NCBI GenBank assembly: GCA_965207375.1
Contig: OZ242274.1
Location: 2,092,696 to 2,156,695 of the forward strand
Direction: 5' to 3'
DNA from: Nitrosopumilaceae archaeon
Lineage (GTDB): Archaea > Thermoproteota > Nitrososphaeria > Nitrososphaerales > Nitrosopumilaceae
DNA length: 64,000 nt
How positions within the stretch are numbered: the first letter of the stretch is position 1; the number at the start of each line of letters is the position of its first letter. Positions 1 to 9,608 of the stretch are shown here, in pieces. The notes under the pieces are model-generated. The model was given only the letters and a program-made list of their open reading frames with translations, was not told where the DNA came from and did no database searches. The translations under genes and the position numbers were made by a program.

Positions 1-101
1 GGTATGCCACCGGAGTAGGAGAAGAATTTGATAAAGCATATATCAAAAAAGGATGGATAAAAGAGATACAATATCAAAAAAAGAAGGCAGCAAAAAATTA
101 A
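1..101 (+). CDS. 3' end of a gene running in from the left edge (YATGVGEEFDKAYIKKGWIKEIQYQKKKAAKN*)
   Basis: Open frame from position 3 to TAA at 99-101; product cannot be identified from this fragment. Confidence 0.5.
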   Translation, partial: YATGVGEEFDKAYIKKGWIKEIQYQKKKAAKN

Positions 102-186
102 GACAGATAAAAACTAGATTTGACAATACCTGATTTTACAAATGTAACAAAACAATACAGCATTTACAAAAATTAAGGCATACAGT

Positions 187-1239
187 TTAAGGATTGATGA
201 CTGCCCTGCCTATGATTTTGCGGTCTTTAAGATCGTTGAGTGCATTGCCTGCATCATCAAGGGAATAGTGTGTTGAGACAATCGAATTGATGTCCCCTTT
301 TTTTGCTAGCTCCAAAAGATCCACCATGTCACTAAAACTACCAGTGTATGCTCCCTGAATAGTAATTGCTTTTAGAGGTACAGTAACTAGAGACAGCTCA
401 ATGGAGCCACCAAACAGACCAACTAGAACCAAATTACCGCGTTTTCGTAAAACAGAGAGCCCCAATTTAACAGTAGGTGGAGCATTTACAAAGTCGACTA
501 CACTGTCTGCACCTTTGTCATTACAGATTGAGAGTATTTTTTGGCTAGTTTGTGGATTTTTAGAGTTTACGATAAAATCTGCACCCATATCTTTGGCAGT
601 TTGCAATTTTTCATCATCTAGATCAACACAAATAATTTTTGCACTAGTGATAGCATTTGCTATTTGAACACCCATCAGACCGAGTCCGCCTGCGCCAACT
701 ATTACAATAAACTCGGGAGAATTAATATTTGCCTTTTTAATTGCAGTATATGCGGTCAATCCGGAGCATGCCAACGAGGCTGCACCATCCAAATCAATAC
801 CTGATACTTTGGCTAGATATTTGTAATTTGGAACAAGTACGTATTGGGCGTATCCACCATTTTCAAAGACACCTAACGACTTTGGCGTATCGCACAGGTT
901 TTCATTTCCTGCCTTGCATGTGGTGCATTGATTGCATCCTATCCACGGATAAACTAAAACATCATCTCCTATCGAAATGTCTTGTACGTCAGGGCCAACC
1001 CCGTAAACGGAGCCAACAATTTCATGTCCAGGTGTTACAGGATATTTTACGCCCCTGTCTGTAACCTTCATGAATGTGCCATCACCTAAATCATATCCTC
1101 CCTCCCACAAGTGGAGGTCGCTGTGACATACGCCTGTTGCTTTTACACGTACAAGCACCTGAGAACCGGTAGCTTTTGGAGTTTCTAGCTCTGTTATCTT
1201 TAATGGGGCATCAGGTTCTATGATTTGAGCAGCCTTCAC
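187..1239 (-). CDS. adh: Zn-dependent (MDR family) alcohol dehydrogenase
   Basis: GVCHSD, PGHE, structural Zn CxxCxxC...C, GAGGLG Rossmann motif. Confidence 0.93.
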   Translation of the reverse strand: MKAAQIIEPDAPLKITELETPKATGSQVLVRVKATGVCHSDLHLWEGGYDLGDGTFMKVTDRGVKYPVTPGHEIVGSVYGVGPDVQDISIGDDVLVYPWIGCNQCTTCKAGNENLCDTPKSLGVFENGGYAQYVLVPNYKYLAKVSGIDLDGAASLACSGLTAYTAIKKANINSPEFIVIVGAGGLGLMGVQIANAITSAKIICVDLDDEKLQTAKDMGADFIVNSKNPQTSQKILSICNDKGADSVVDFVNAPPTVKLGLSVLRKRGNLVLVGLFGGSIELSLVTVPLKAITIQGAYTGSFSDMVDLLELAKKGDINSIVSTHYSLDDAGNALNDLKDRKIIGRAVINP

Positions 1240-1334
1240 AGTGTCAAATCACAGTCATTACAATATAAGAGTTGACTGGAAAGGATAAAAAAATAAAGCT
1301 CTTAGATATTATGTAGTGTTACGAAAAATTTCGT

Positions 1335-2009
1335 ATGAGTGAAGATAGTGCGCCTACTAGTATCTCCCAAGCGCCAATTAACATCCTGTTTAACACATCA
1401 GGAATAGTCAAAAAAGACGTATGGGAGATTGATCTAATCAGCATACTCAAACTGTTGATTAGGGTTTTAGAAAAAAGCGGCAAAAAAGACCTCAGGGTGG
1501 CAGGCATGGCAGCTCTGTCATCATCGCTGATCTACAGAATGAAGGTCGAAAGTATTTTTGCACTGCAAAGAGCAGCAATGGAGAAAAAACCAATACTTCA
1601 AAGAAAAGATGTCAACATTGAACTAATCAATATACCATACAGACATGAATCGACATACCCTGTAACACTAGACGATTTGCTAGGATTGTTAGAAAATCTG
1701 ATTGGCTCTATTGCAAATCCACAGTCTAGGGCAAAGACCAAAATAAATGAGTTAATAGAGCCTCCAGACTTTGAGAAATATTTCATATCACTAGAAAACA
1801 TAATTGAAGAGTACGAAGATCTTGTAATCAAAAAAATATCTCTCACAGGTACAGCAATGCTGCAAGATATAATAGTGGATTTAGATGAAACCGATTCGAT
1901 TAGATGCTTTTTTGCAGTTTTGTTTTTAGCAAGAGATGAAAAAGTAGACCTAGAGCAGGCAGATGAGGATATCAAAATAACGCTAATCAAAAAGGAATTG
2001 TCTACATGA
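1335..2009 (+). CDS. scpA: Segregation and condensation protein A (kleisin)
   Basis: DVWEIDL motif, C-terminal FFAVLFLA winged helix; directly upstream of scpB. Confidence 0.85.
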   Translation: MSEDSAPTSISQAPINILFNTSGIVKKDVWEIDLISILKLLIRVLEKSGKKDLRVAGMAALSSSLIYRMKVESIFALQRAAMEKKPILQRKDVNIELINIPYRHESTYPVTLDDLLGLLENLIGSIANPQSRAKTKINELIEPPDFEKYFISLENIIEEYEDLVIKKISLTGTAMLQDIIVDLDETDSIRCFFAVLFLARDEKVDLEQADEDIKITLIKKELST

Positions 2010-2030
2010 TCAAAAAAAGAGAGGAGTTAA

Positions 2031-2588
2031 TTGGAAAAAATTAGTCAGAATGAGGCCACAGCAAGAATCGAGGCTGCTCTTTATTCGGCAGGAAGACCTC
2101 TTAGAATAGAGGAAATCACCAGAGCCTCGGGTACAGAATCAAGAATAAAAACTCTAGAAATTCTAGAGAGTGTAAGGAAAAAAACAAAAAATAACTTTAA
2201 AGCATTAGAGGTGGTAATTTTGCCAGATGGGACATATGTTTTTCAACTAAAACCAGAATATACAGATGTAGTTAGAAGATATGCATCAAAACCAATTCTG
2301 CCAAAGGCAACACTCAAAACATTATCATACATTGCATACATGCAGCCTATTTCATCAAAACAACTAGTAGAGACTAGAGGTACCGGAGTATACTCACATC
2401 TAAAGGAGTTAAAGCAGCTTGACTTTATAAAAAGTCAAAGTGTCGGCAGACTCAAAATTTACACCACAACTGAAAAATTCCAAAAGTATTTTGGAATACA
2501 GGGTGATTCAGATTCTTTAAAACAAAAACTGTTCAAAAAGGTAAGAAAGGTATCAGAGCCCACACTGCAAAACACGGTATCTCAATGA
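2031..2588 (+). CDS. scpB: SMC-Scp complex subunit ScpB
   Basis: IEAALY, TLSYIAYMQP, YTTTEKFQKYFG motifs. Confidence 0.93.
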   Translation: MEKISQNEATARIEAALYSAGRPLRIEEITRASGTESRIKTLEILESVRKKTKNNFKALEVVILPDGTYVFQLKPEYTDVVRRYASKPILPKATLKTLSYIAYMQPISSKQLVETRGTGVYSHLKELKQLDFIKSQSVGRLKIYTTTEKFQKYFGIQGDSDSLKQKLFKKVRKVSEPTLQNTVSQ

Positions 2589-2655
2589 TACAGATACATC
2601 TTGCATCGCCAAGTTTTTGCGTTGTGTATAAATTAGAGGGGTTTTGAGTTAAGGC

Positions 2656-3033
2656 GTGAGAAAATCAGTAGAAAACTTGGCAACAAGCAAGATTACAGGA
2701 GGCGTCCGCCACCCGCTAAGAATTAGACGAAAATATGAAACAGATAGATATCCAAATGAGGCAGTTACAGGTGCACAGGTTACGATAACTAGAAGAACAA
2801 GAGGGTCTAACAGAAAAACTGCATTAAAAACAATTGATTTTGCAAACTTGGTTACCGAAGATAAAGTAAAAAAGGTAAAAATTACCAAGGTTTTAGATAA
2901 TACAACTAACAACGACTATAAGCGTCGCGGCATAATTACAAAGGGTGCAATTTTAGAAACAGAGGGCGGCAAGTGCAGGGTTGTTTCAAAACCTGGCCAA
3001 CACGGTGTAGTAAATGCAATTTTGGTAAAGTGA
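2656..3033 (+). CDS. rps8e: 30S ribosomal protein S8e
   Basis: KITGG, RTRG, RRGIITKGAILET, SKPGQHGVVNAIL. Confidence 0.96.
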   Translation: MRKSVENLATSKITGGVRHPLRIRRKYETDRYPNEAVTGAQVTITRRTRGSNRKTALKTIDFANLVTEDKVKKVKITKVLDNTTNNDYKRRGIITKGAILETEGGKCRVVSKPGQHGVVNAILVK

Positions 3034-3037
3034 TCAA

Positions 3038-3337
3038 ATGAAAGATTACGAACACGTCGTAGTCTGGCTGGATTATTTTAACAAGACACTTCCACGAGCC
3101 AAAGGTCGCCGAGTTCAAAAAGAAAAATGTGTTTTTGACCCATCACTTGGCGAATTAGCAGATGCAGCAAAGGCTGCAGGATATAAAATTACAGAATCCG
3201 AAGACACAGTCAGATTTCCTAGGAGACCATATGTTAGGTCAGGATACGTTGTTTTGCCAAAAGAATCCCCAAAGACAGAAATTCTTTACAAGATTTCAGA
3301 AAAACTTGTGGCAAAAAGGCACAAGCAGGCAAAGTAA
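3038..3337 (+). CDS. srp19: Signal recognition particle 19 kDa protein
   Basis: WLDYFNKTLPRAKGRRV, FPR motifs; usual position after rps8e. Confidence 0.92.
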   Translation: MKDYEHVVVWLDYFNKTLPRAKGRRVQKEKCVFDPSLGELADAAKAAGYKITESEDTVRFPRRPYVRSGYVVLPKESPKTEILYKISEKLVAKRHKQAK

Positions 3338-3411
3338 AATCAATTCTAGCTCGTTACTAAAGTAAATTTGACAAAAGTATATGATAAGAACCAAGTACAA
3401 ATGAATTTTAA

Positions 3412-3681
3412 TTGCAGGAGGTAGGCGAAATATCGCACTTGGCCAGTAGTGGCAGGGTAATCGTTAGACTTTTAAAAAAAGTCGAGGAAGGGCAAATACT
3501 CTGCGACGAAAAGAGTGTGAAAGTTGCAAAGGTTATGGAGTTAATAGGTCCAGTAGACCGACCATATGCATCTGCAGCATCACTTACTAACAATATCAAA
3601 AAATTTACTGGGAGGAAAATATTCGCATTAGAATTTTCCCCTGCAATCAAACCAAAAAAATTCAGGAGAAAACGAAAATGA
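3412..3681 (+). CDS. gar1: H/ACA RNP Gar1-family protein
   Basis: KVAKVMELIGPVDRPYA motif; overlaps tfb start by 4 bp. Confidence 0.85.
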   Translation: MQEVGEISHLASSGRVIVRLLKKVEEGQILCDEKSVKVAKVMELIGPVDRPYASAASLTNNIKKFTGRKIFALEFSPAIKPKKFRRKRK

Positions 3682-4634
3682 ATACATTAGAAACCACACA
3701 TTGCTGTCCTGAATGTCAAGCTACACTAGTAGATGACTTTCAGAATGGCGAAAGAATTTGTTCCGGTTGCGGCATTGTCGTAGTTGAACAAATGGCAGAC
3801 TATGGTCCAGAATCAATATCAAACAATCTTGAAGAGAAAATGAAACTAGCAAGAGCCACAGGACAGACAACACTTGCACAACATGATCTAGGGATCACAA
3901 CAGAAATTTCCATCAGTACAAAAGACTTTAGTGGAAAGACTATCGACTCGCAGGTTGCAAGTCAGATGCACAATCTGAGAAAATGGCAGCAAAGAGTAAG
4001 AGTATCAACACCTAGAGAAAGACGACTTGCAAATGTTCTGACAAAAATTTCAGAAACATGTCAAAATCTGTCGCTTCCAAGAAACGTGTTGGAAACGGCA
4101 TCACTGATCTACAGAAACCTAGACGACTATATGGATGTGAAAGGAAAATCCATCACAGGTATTTCTGCTGCAACAGTATACATGGCATGCAAGCAATGCG
4201 ATGTGGTAAGATCTTTGGAAGAGATCTGTAAGGCAATATGTGCGCCAAAAGATGTCAAAACAAAAACAAAGAGGGCAGCACGCTACTACAGAATCATGGT
4301 CATGGAAATGGGTTCAGTAGCACCAGTTGTCACCATGGGCAAGTACATTTCAAAAATGGCAAATCTTGCACAGACAGACGTCAGAGTGGAAAGACTCGCG
4401 CTAGAAATAGCAGAAAAAACCAAAGATAACAACCTAGCAGATGGAAAGGCACCAAATGGCATAGCTGCTGCGTATTTGTACGTAGCATCAACACTGTTGG
4501 GCCAAAACATCCTACAAAGAGATGTATCTAGTATTGCAGGCGTTACAGAGGTAACAATACGCAACAGATGCAAGGAAATCTTGACAAAGTACAAACTAAA
4601 GATTGCATTAAGACCTTCTCTAGCCAAAAAATAA
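3678..4634 (+). CDS. tfb: Transcription initiation factor IIB
   Basis: N-terminal Zn ribbon CPEC...CSGCG, LRKWQ B-reader, two cyclin repeats, GVTEVTIRNR. Confidence 0.96.
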   Translation: MNTLETTHCCPECQATLVDDFQNGERICSGCGIVVVEQMADYGPESISNNLEEKMKLARATGQTTLAQHDLGITTEISISTKDFSGKTIDSQVASQMHNLRKWQQRVRVSTPRERRLANVLTKISETCQNLSLPRNVLETASLIYRNLDDYMDVKGKSITGISAATVYMACKQCDVVRSLEEICKAICAPKDVKTKTKRAARYYRIMVMEMGSVAPVVTMGKYISKMANLAQTDVRVERLALEIAEKTKDNNLADGKAPNGIAAAYLYVASTLLGQNILQRDVSSIAGVTEVTIRNRCKEILTKYKLKIALRPSLAKK

Positions 4635-4640
4635 TCACCC

Positions 4641-4658
4641 CTTTTTTCTATTTTATTT
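4641..4658 (+). terminator. T-rich archaeal terminator-like tract after tfb
   Basis: cttttttctattttattt immediately after the stop codon. Confidence 0.45.
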
Positions 4659-4674
4659 GGGCCTCATTGACAAT

Positions 4675-4756
4675 TAAGAGATTAGATTCACTGTTCCTGT
4701 ATGTCTGATCAAACACGGCTCACGCAAACCTATCACACCGAACCTAGCATTTTATG
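4675..4756. repeat. Diverged direct repeat A, copy 1
   Basis: taagagattagattcactgttcc...ctagcattttatg aligns by eye with 6753-6837 (about 27 differences in 85 columns, mostly transitions). Confidence 0.75.
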
Positions 4757-5034
4757 CAATTAACCTACAGGATTTCCAGTACAGTTTTACTGCCTTATCC
4801 TAGAGACCTATCGTATTTTTTAGAGGAAAAGACAGATGCGGCACACCAGACAGCAGGGGGCACCTGTAGATAACTGTCAAGTGTTGTTTTAAAATCATGG
4901 TATAATTTAGGCATAAATTTACGATGTTATCAAAAAATAGTAAAATCTAGACAGGCATCAAAGGTTACAAAATGATTTGATTTTGTATCAAAATGCATCG
5001 GACTGTGATTTTATCCACGATATACAAGGCAAAT

Positions 5035-5079
5035 TTATAGTATAATTACTATAACATTATATAAAAAACACTATAACAT
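5035..5079. promoter_or_regulatory. Putative operator upstream of the wHTH/NTase operon
   Basis: Perfect inverted repeat TTATAGTA-taat-TACTATAA (5035-5054) and ACTATAACAT direct repeat at 5048 and 5070. Confidence 0.5.
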
Positions 5080-5095
5080 ATGGAAATGGGTAAAA

Positions 5096-6190
5096 ATGAA
5101 TGAAACAGAATTTAGAATATTGGATGTGCTCGCACGAGAAATAGGCAATAGTATATCAATTAATAAACTAACTGAAAAAATCAAACAGATTCACGGTACT
5201 GCACACTATACAAACATACATGCAGAATTACAAAACATTACAAAAAAGAAAATAACAAAGTTGACAAAATTAGGAAAGGCAACAATTACAAAACTTAACT
5301 TTGATAACTATCTGGTAATTGATCATTTATCAGAAATGGAATTAATTAAAAAAATTAAGGTCTTGGAGAATAATTCTAATTACCAACTAATCATTTCAGA
5401 TTTGAACATTCTAGTCAAAGATCTTTTTTTTGTAAAATTCGTTTTGCTAGCAGAACCTGACCGTAATATAAAATTAAATCGAATGGATATAGTTTGGATA
5501 TTAAGATCCTTGCCGTTAGTTGAGGTAGATAAAGAAATAGATAAAATACATAATGTCGTACAAAAACTACAACGAATTCATAACATAAAAATTGATTGTC
5601 TTTTCTTGTATGATGAGAAATTTGTTAATTTATTAAAAATGGATGATGCAAATATGATAAAAGAAATGTTATTTAATAAAATTGTTTTATTTCATCCTCA
5701 AATATTTTGGATGGAAATAAAAGAAATCTCAAGTAACGGAACATACATTAAAATTGAAGAATATCAAACGCATCCAGGAAAAATACGCGATATTGATTTG
5801 AGTTTTAATCTTGCACGATTTGGTTACACAGAAATGGGAACTAAAATATCTTCAGATGCAAAATCAATCGGAATAGAATACATCATTACATCAATTTTGG
5901 TAAAAAAAGACAATGTTAGAAAATTAGAAGCAATACCAATAATTCTTGCAAAAAATAATGAAAAAATAAATTATCCACTTTTGATGTTTCTTGCATCTAA
6001 ATTCCAAGTTACAAGACAAATCTATAATATTCTCAAAATTTTAGATGTTCTCAAGCCTACAAAAGAAGTTCAAAGTGCGATAAAAGAAATGTTTAAGCGC
6101 AATATGCAAAAGACAAAAGAACAAAAAATGATTAATTTTAACCTAAAGGATGTAAAAAAGAAGATGAGACTGTACAATGTACTTGAATAA
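5096..6190 (+). CDS. Winged-helix protein with central degenerate nucleotidyltransferase-like domain; putative antitoxin/regulator
   Basis: N-terminal wHTH (SISINKLTEKI...KLTKLGKA); middle resembles MNT fold (MDIVWIL...KIDCLFL...KIVLF) without an intact GS-x10-DxD; overlaps the next gene. Confidence 0.6.
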   Translation: MNETEFRILDVLAREIGNSISINKLTEKIKQIHGTAHYTNIHAELQNITKKKITKLTKLGKATITKLNFDNYLVIDHLSEMELIKKIKVLENNSNYQLIISDLNILVKDLFFVKFVLLAEPDRNIKLNRMDIVWILRSLPLVEVDKEIDKIHNVVQKLQRIHNIKIDCLFLYDEKFVNLLKMDDANMIKEMLFNKIVLFHPQIFWMEIKEISSNGTYIKIEEYQTHPGKIRDIDLSFNLARFGYTEMGTKISSDAKSIGIEYIITSILVKKDNVRKLEAIPIILAKNNEKINYPLLMFLASKFQVTRQIYNILKILDVLKPTKEVQSAIKEMFKRNMQKTKEQKMINFNLKDVKKKMRLYNVLE

Positions 6191-6686
6191 GAAACAATTA
6201 TTGGATTTTTTAGAGGCGTTAGACACGGAGCTTGAACGTAAAATAACAGTTGTAGCAGTAGGTGGCACTGCTATGACTCTTCATGATTCAAAGACATCTA
6301 CAATCGATGTGGATTTTACAATTCCTGCTGAATATTTTTATGAATTTAACAGGGTTCTAGACATAATCCCTCACGGATTCAAAGTAGATGTTTGGGATAA
6401 TGGAATGGTGTTTAGTCAAGATTTGCCTGAAGATTATTTGAAAAAAAGCAAGCCAATACGAACAAACATGAAAAACATGAAACTAAGGGCACTTGATCCT
6501 CTTGATATAATCGTGACAAAAATTGGTAGACTAAATGAAAAAGACAAGGAAGATATTGCAACATGCATTAAAAAATTCAAAATAACAAAAGATCAGATTA
6601 AAAAAAGATCAAAACAAGTAATCTATACAGGACGAGAAGAAAATTATGAAATTAATCTGAATCATGTAATGAAAAAAATTTTCTAA
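6177..6686 (+). CDS. Nucleotidyltransferase (AbiEii/DUF6036-like), putative toxin
   Basis: VAVGGTAM...STIDVDF catalytic motif, DIIVTK and KDKEDI C-terminal motifs. Confidence 0.75.
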   Translation: MYLNKKQLLDFLEALDTELERKITVVAVGGTAMTLHDSKTSTIDVDFTIPAEYFYEFNRVLDIIPHGFKVDVWDNGMVFSQDLPEDYLKKSKPIRTNMKNMKLRALDPLDIIVTKIGRLNEKDKEDIATCIKKFKITKDQIKKRSKQVIYTGREENYEINLNHVMKKIF

Positions 6687-6752
6687 ACAGATATCAATTA
6701 AACAATATGTAACCCATATCCAGACATTACAGTGATAGTACTAGACCAAATA

Positions 6753-6837
6753 TAAGAGGCTAGGTTCACTGTTCCCGCAATATCCAATTCTAGACACGAA
6801 TCACATAAAGTTGCCACATCAGAGCTAGTATCTTATG
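6753..6837. repeat. Diverged direct repeat A, copy 2
   Basis: taagaggctaggttcactgttcc...ctagtatcttatg; aligns with 4675-4756. Confidence 0.75.
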
Positions 6838-7171
6838 ACGTACATAATATTAAATCAGCATAACGTCAAAATTTTTGATAAATCTATGCTGTAAAAGAAT
6901 CTATGTAGGCAATAAAATTCTAGCATTTTCGGATACGAACTCTGGTCGTAAATTTTTCAGGTATGAAATTTTTAGATATGTTCAAAAACTAGGCATAGAA
7001 TCAGAGGTGACCGAAATATGTATTCTCAGTATAAACCATAAATCTCGTATCGGAGTTTGTGAGATCATTGTCTTTTATATCATCTTGTGTAGATATGTTT
7101 GCCTCAGTTTAAGGTTCTATCTAATTCTGCGTACTGTTTTGTAGTGGTAGGTTTATCTCATGACATGGATA

Positions 7172-8080
7172 CTAGTGCATTTGGTCTAGAACTAATTCTT
7201 TTTTCCACTCTAGGTATTTTGTACTTGGTTTGTATGTAGTATCCTCACCTACACTCATCTCAGGCTCGATATTGTCCAACCAGGATTTGAGTACAGGTTT
7301 GCGTTGCTCTTGCAAGTAATCCGTTATGATAATTCCATAATCCTTCTCCACCATTATGTAACCGTGCTCAAATGCCACATCGCACATCTTACATAATAAC
7401 AAGCCGTTGACTGGATTCATAGAGTTTATTGCATCTTTGGTTCTCATTATGGAATAAGGTACTATGTGGGCTCCTACCATCCATTGCTTCAAATCAAACC
7501 CACAAAAGAGGCAATAGCCATACTGTTTTTGCAAGATCTTCTTAAAGATTCCCTGCTTGCGTCTTGCAAATATGGTAGTGAGTTCCCCGCTACAGTGAAA
7601 GTTATTCATATCCATCTCCTTTTTTGCAATTTCCTCCTCAAGTGGCATGGTGCTTATATCATTCAGGCGCCAGATACCTTTCGCTGTGTTTGGCACGTCA
7701 CTTTTCAGATCCACTATTGCTCCACTCATTCGAAGATCCTTGATCACGCTTACGGTTGCATTGTATAGTGAGTTTCCATGCTTGTCGTTGCTTTGTTTGT
7801 AATAGTAATTGTCAAACTGTAGGTTGAGCTTTTTTACCACAAACTTGTCAAGATCGGTTTTGTTGTGCCAGACCGGCTTGCTCAGAAAGTCACGGTTTTT
7901 AGAGTCAGCTTTAGTACTGTCAGAAATTGTCCCGCCCCTTTGGTTCAGATATTCAATGACGGCTTCGCCGATACCTTGAAACTCTGGATGCTTTTTGTAT
8001 CTACGCCGCAGGAATTTTAGATCCACATTAGAGTGCATGTCATTGGCATATATTGATATTTTTGACCTCTGCGTGGTCAA
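7172..8080 (-). CDS. HNH endonuclease with N-terminal Mrr-N-like winged helix
   Basis: CLFCG...AHIVPYS...NGLLLCKMCDVAFEHG HNH motif; N-domain ends in KGIWRL. Confidence 0.8.
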   Translation of the reverse strand: MTTQRSKISIYANDMHSNVDLKFLRRRYKKHPEFQGIGEAVIEYLNQRGGTISDSTKADSKNRDFLSKPVWHNKTDLDKFVVKKLNLQFDNYYYKQSNDKHGNSLYNATVSVIKDLRMSGAIVDLKSDVPNTAKGIWRLNDISTMPLEEEIAKKEMDMNNFHCSGELTTIFARRKQGIFKKILQKQYGYCLFCGFDLKQWMVGAHIVPYSIMRTKDAINSMNPVNGLLLCKMCDVAFEHGYIMVEKDYGIIITDYLQEQRKPVLKSWLDNIEPEMSVGEDTTYKPSTKYLEWKKELVLDQMH

Positions 8081-8299
8081 GGCTATTCCTAATACTTGTT
8101 CACCGTATACCTGATTTTGTAATCATTACATCATCTGGACACAAATTAGTTCTATTACGTGAACAAGTACGACGTATCATTTGAAATTATAGAAATAAAA
8201 TAAACCAAACGGACAAGGCAAGTAAGTTGACAATTTGAAGTTTATTAGGACTAGCTAAATTTCGTGGGCATTATATATAGAAAAAATCTAGGCATGCTC

Positions 8300-9070
8300 A
8301 TGGCAGTTTTAGAAATCAAGGATCTACACGTCTCAAGAGATGGTAAAGAGATCCTCAAAGGCGTGAATCTAAAAACCAAACCAGGCGAGGTTCATGCCAT
8401 TATGGGTCCAAACGGCTCTGGAAAGAGTACGCTATCTTACACATTACTTGCACATCCAAAATATGAGGTAACTTCAGGGGACATTTTGTTGGATGGGGAA
8501 AGCATTTTAGAATTATCAGCTGATCAAAGAGCAAAAAAAGGATTGTTCCTAGGATTTCAATATCCGACAGAGGTATCGGGGGTCGGATTTTCACATTTTT
8601 TGAGAACATCGTATAATTCGCTAAGCAAGGCACTACAAGGAGAAGATAGAGAAGTATTCATTACAGTTAGGGAATTTCAGAAATATCTCAAAGATAATTT
8701 GAATAAAGTTGGCCTAAGAGATGAGTTTCTTTCAAGATATCTAAATGAGGGATTTTCTGGTGGAGAAAAGAAAAGATCAGAGGTGCTACAGATGGCAGTA
8801 TTAAAGCCAAAAATTTCAATTCTTGATGAACCAGATTCAGGTTTAGATGTTGATGCAGTTCAGTCAGTTGCCAAAGCAATCAGTGAGGTATCTGCAAAAG
8901 ACTCTACGGTAATCGTCATTACACATTATGCAAGAATTTTAAAATTCTTAAACAAATTAGATCATGTCCACGTATTTGCAAAAGGCCAGATACTCAAAAG
9001 TGGAGATGCAGCACTAGCAGATGAGCTAGATGAAAAAGGATACGACTGGGTTCTCAACGAAACACAATAA
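8300..9070 (+). CDS. sufC: Fe-S cluster assembly ATPase SufC
   Basis: GPNGSGKST, FQYP, LNEGFSGGEKKR, LDEPDSGLD, ITHY; start taken at ATG 8300 (ORF track extends to 8264). Confidence 0.95.
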   Translation: MAVLEIKDLHVSRDGKEILKGVNLKTKPGEVHAIMGPNGSGKSTLSYTLLAHPKYEVTSGDILLDGESILELSADQRAKKGLFLGFQYPTEVSGVGFSHFLRTSYNSLSKALQGEDREVFITVREFQKYLKDNLNKVGLRDEFLSRYLNEGFSGGEKKRSEVLQMAVLKPKISILDEPDSGLDVDAVQSVAKAISEVSAKDSTVIVITHYARILKFLNKLDHVHVFAKGQILKSGDAALADELDEKGYDWVLNETQ

Positions 9071-9608
9071 AAAAAATTCTGTTGCTAAATGGTAAATATT
9101 TGCAGTATCTTGCAAATTGTACAGTATCAAAAAAATCAGTTACAATATAAAAAATGAAAATTTCCAGGAAATTTTGCACCTAAACAAGACACGATGAATT
9201 TTTGACAAGAATATACAGTAATTTCAAAAAAGAGCGGCAATCTAGACCCCGAGCAATGTCATAATAATTTGAGTTATGGTTTTATTTTTTTGTAATTACT
9301 ATACATGTTTTAGATTTACGGATTTGAAAATGTCAATTGAGTTTTTACAACATATTCATGGAGATATCTGAAACTCTCCTCAAAGAAAAACAGGTTCTTG
9401 ATAGTTTTTTATCAAACAGCGTGTCACTGTCACAGTAGAACACATTTGTCCCATGAAAGGCGTAAAGATTCGTATCTCATAAATTACAGAAATCTATCTA
9501 ATCTCAGAGAATTCACATGGTACTGTTAAACCAATACAAAAAATTTTTGAAATAACACAAGAATCAAATCATTTCTTTATTTAAATAAGGTATAAAATCA
9601 AAAAAAAC

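Noticed and set aside
6875-7144. 89-aa ORF in the defence islet (likewise 29795-29989 and 60946-61305)
   Set aside because: Atypical composition and no motif; probably non-coding or an antisense shadow
9071-9608. Long intergenic region, possible ncRNA or small ORF
   Set aside because: Only short AT-rich hairpins and a featureless 26-codon ORF were seen
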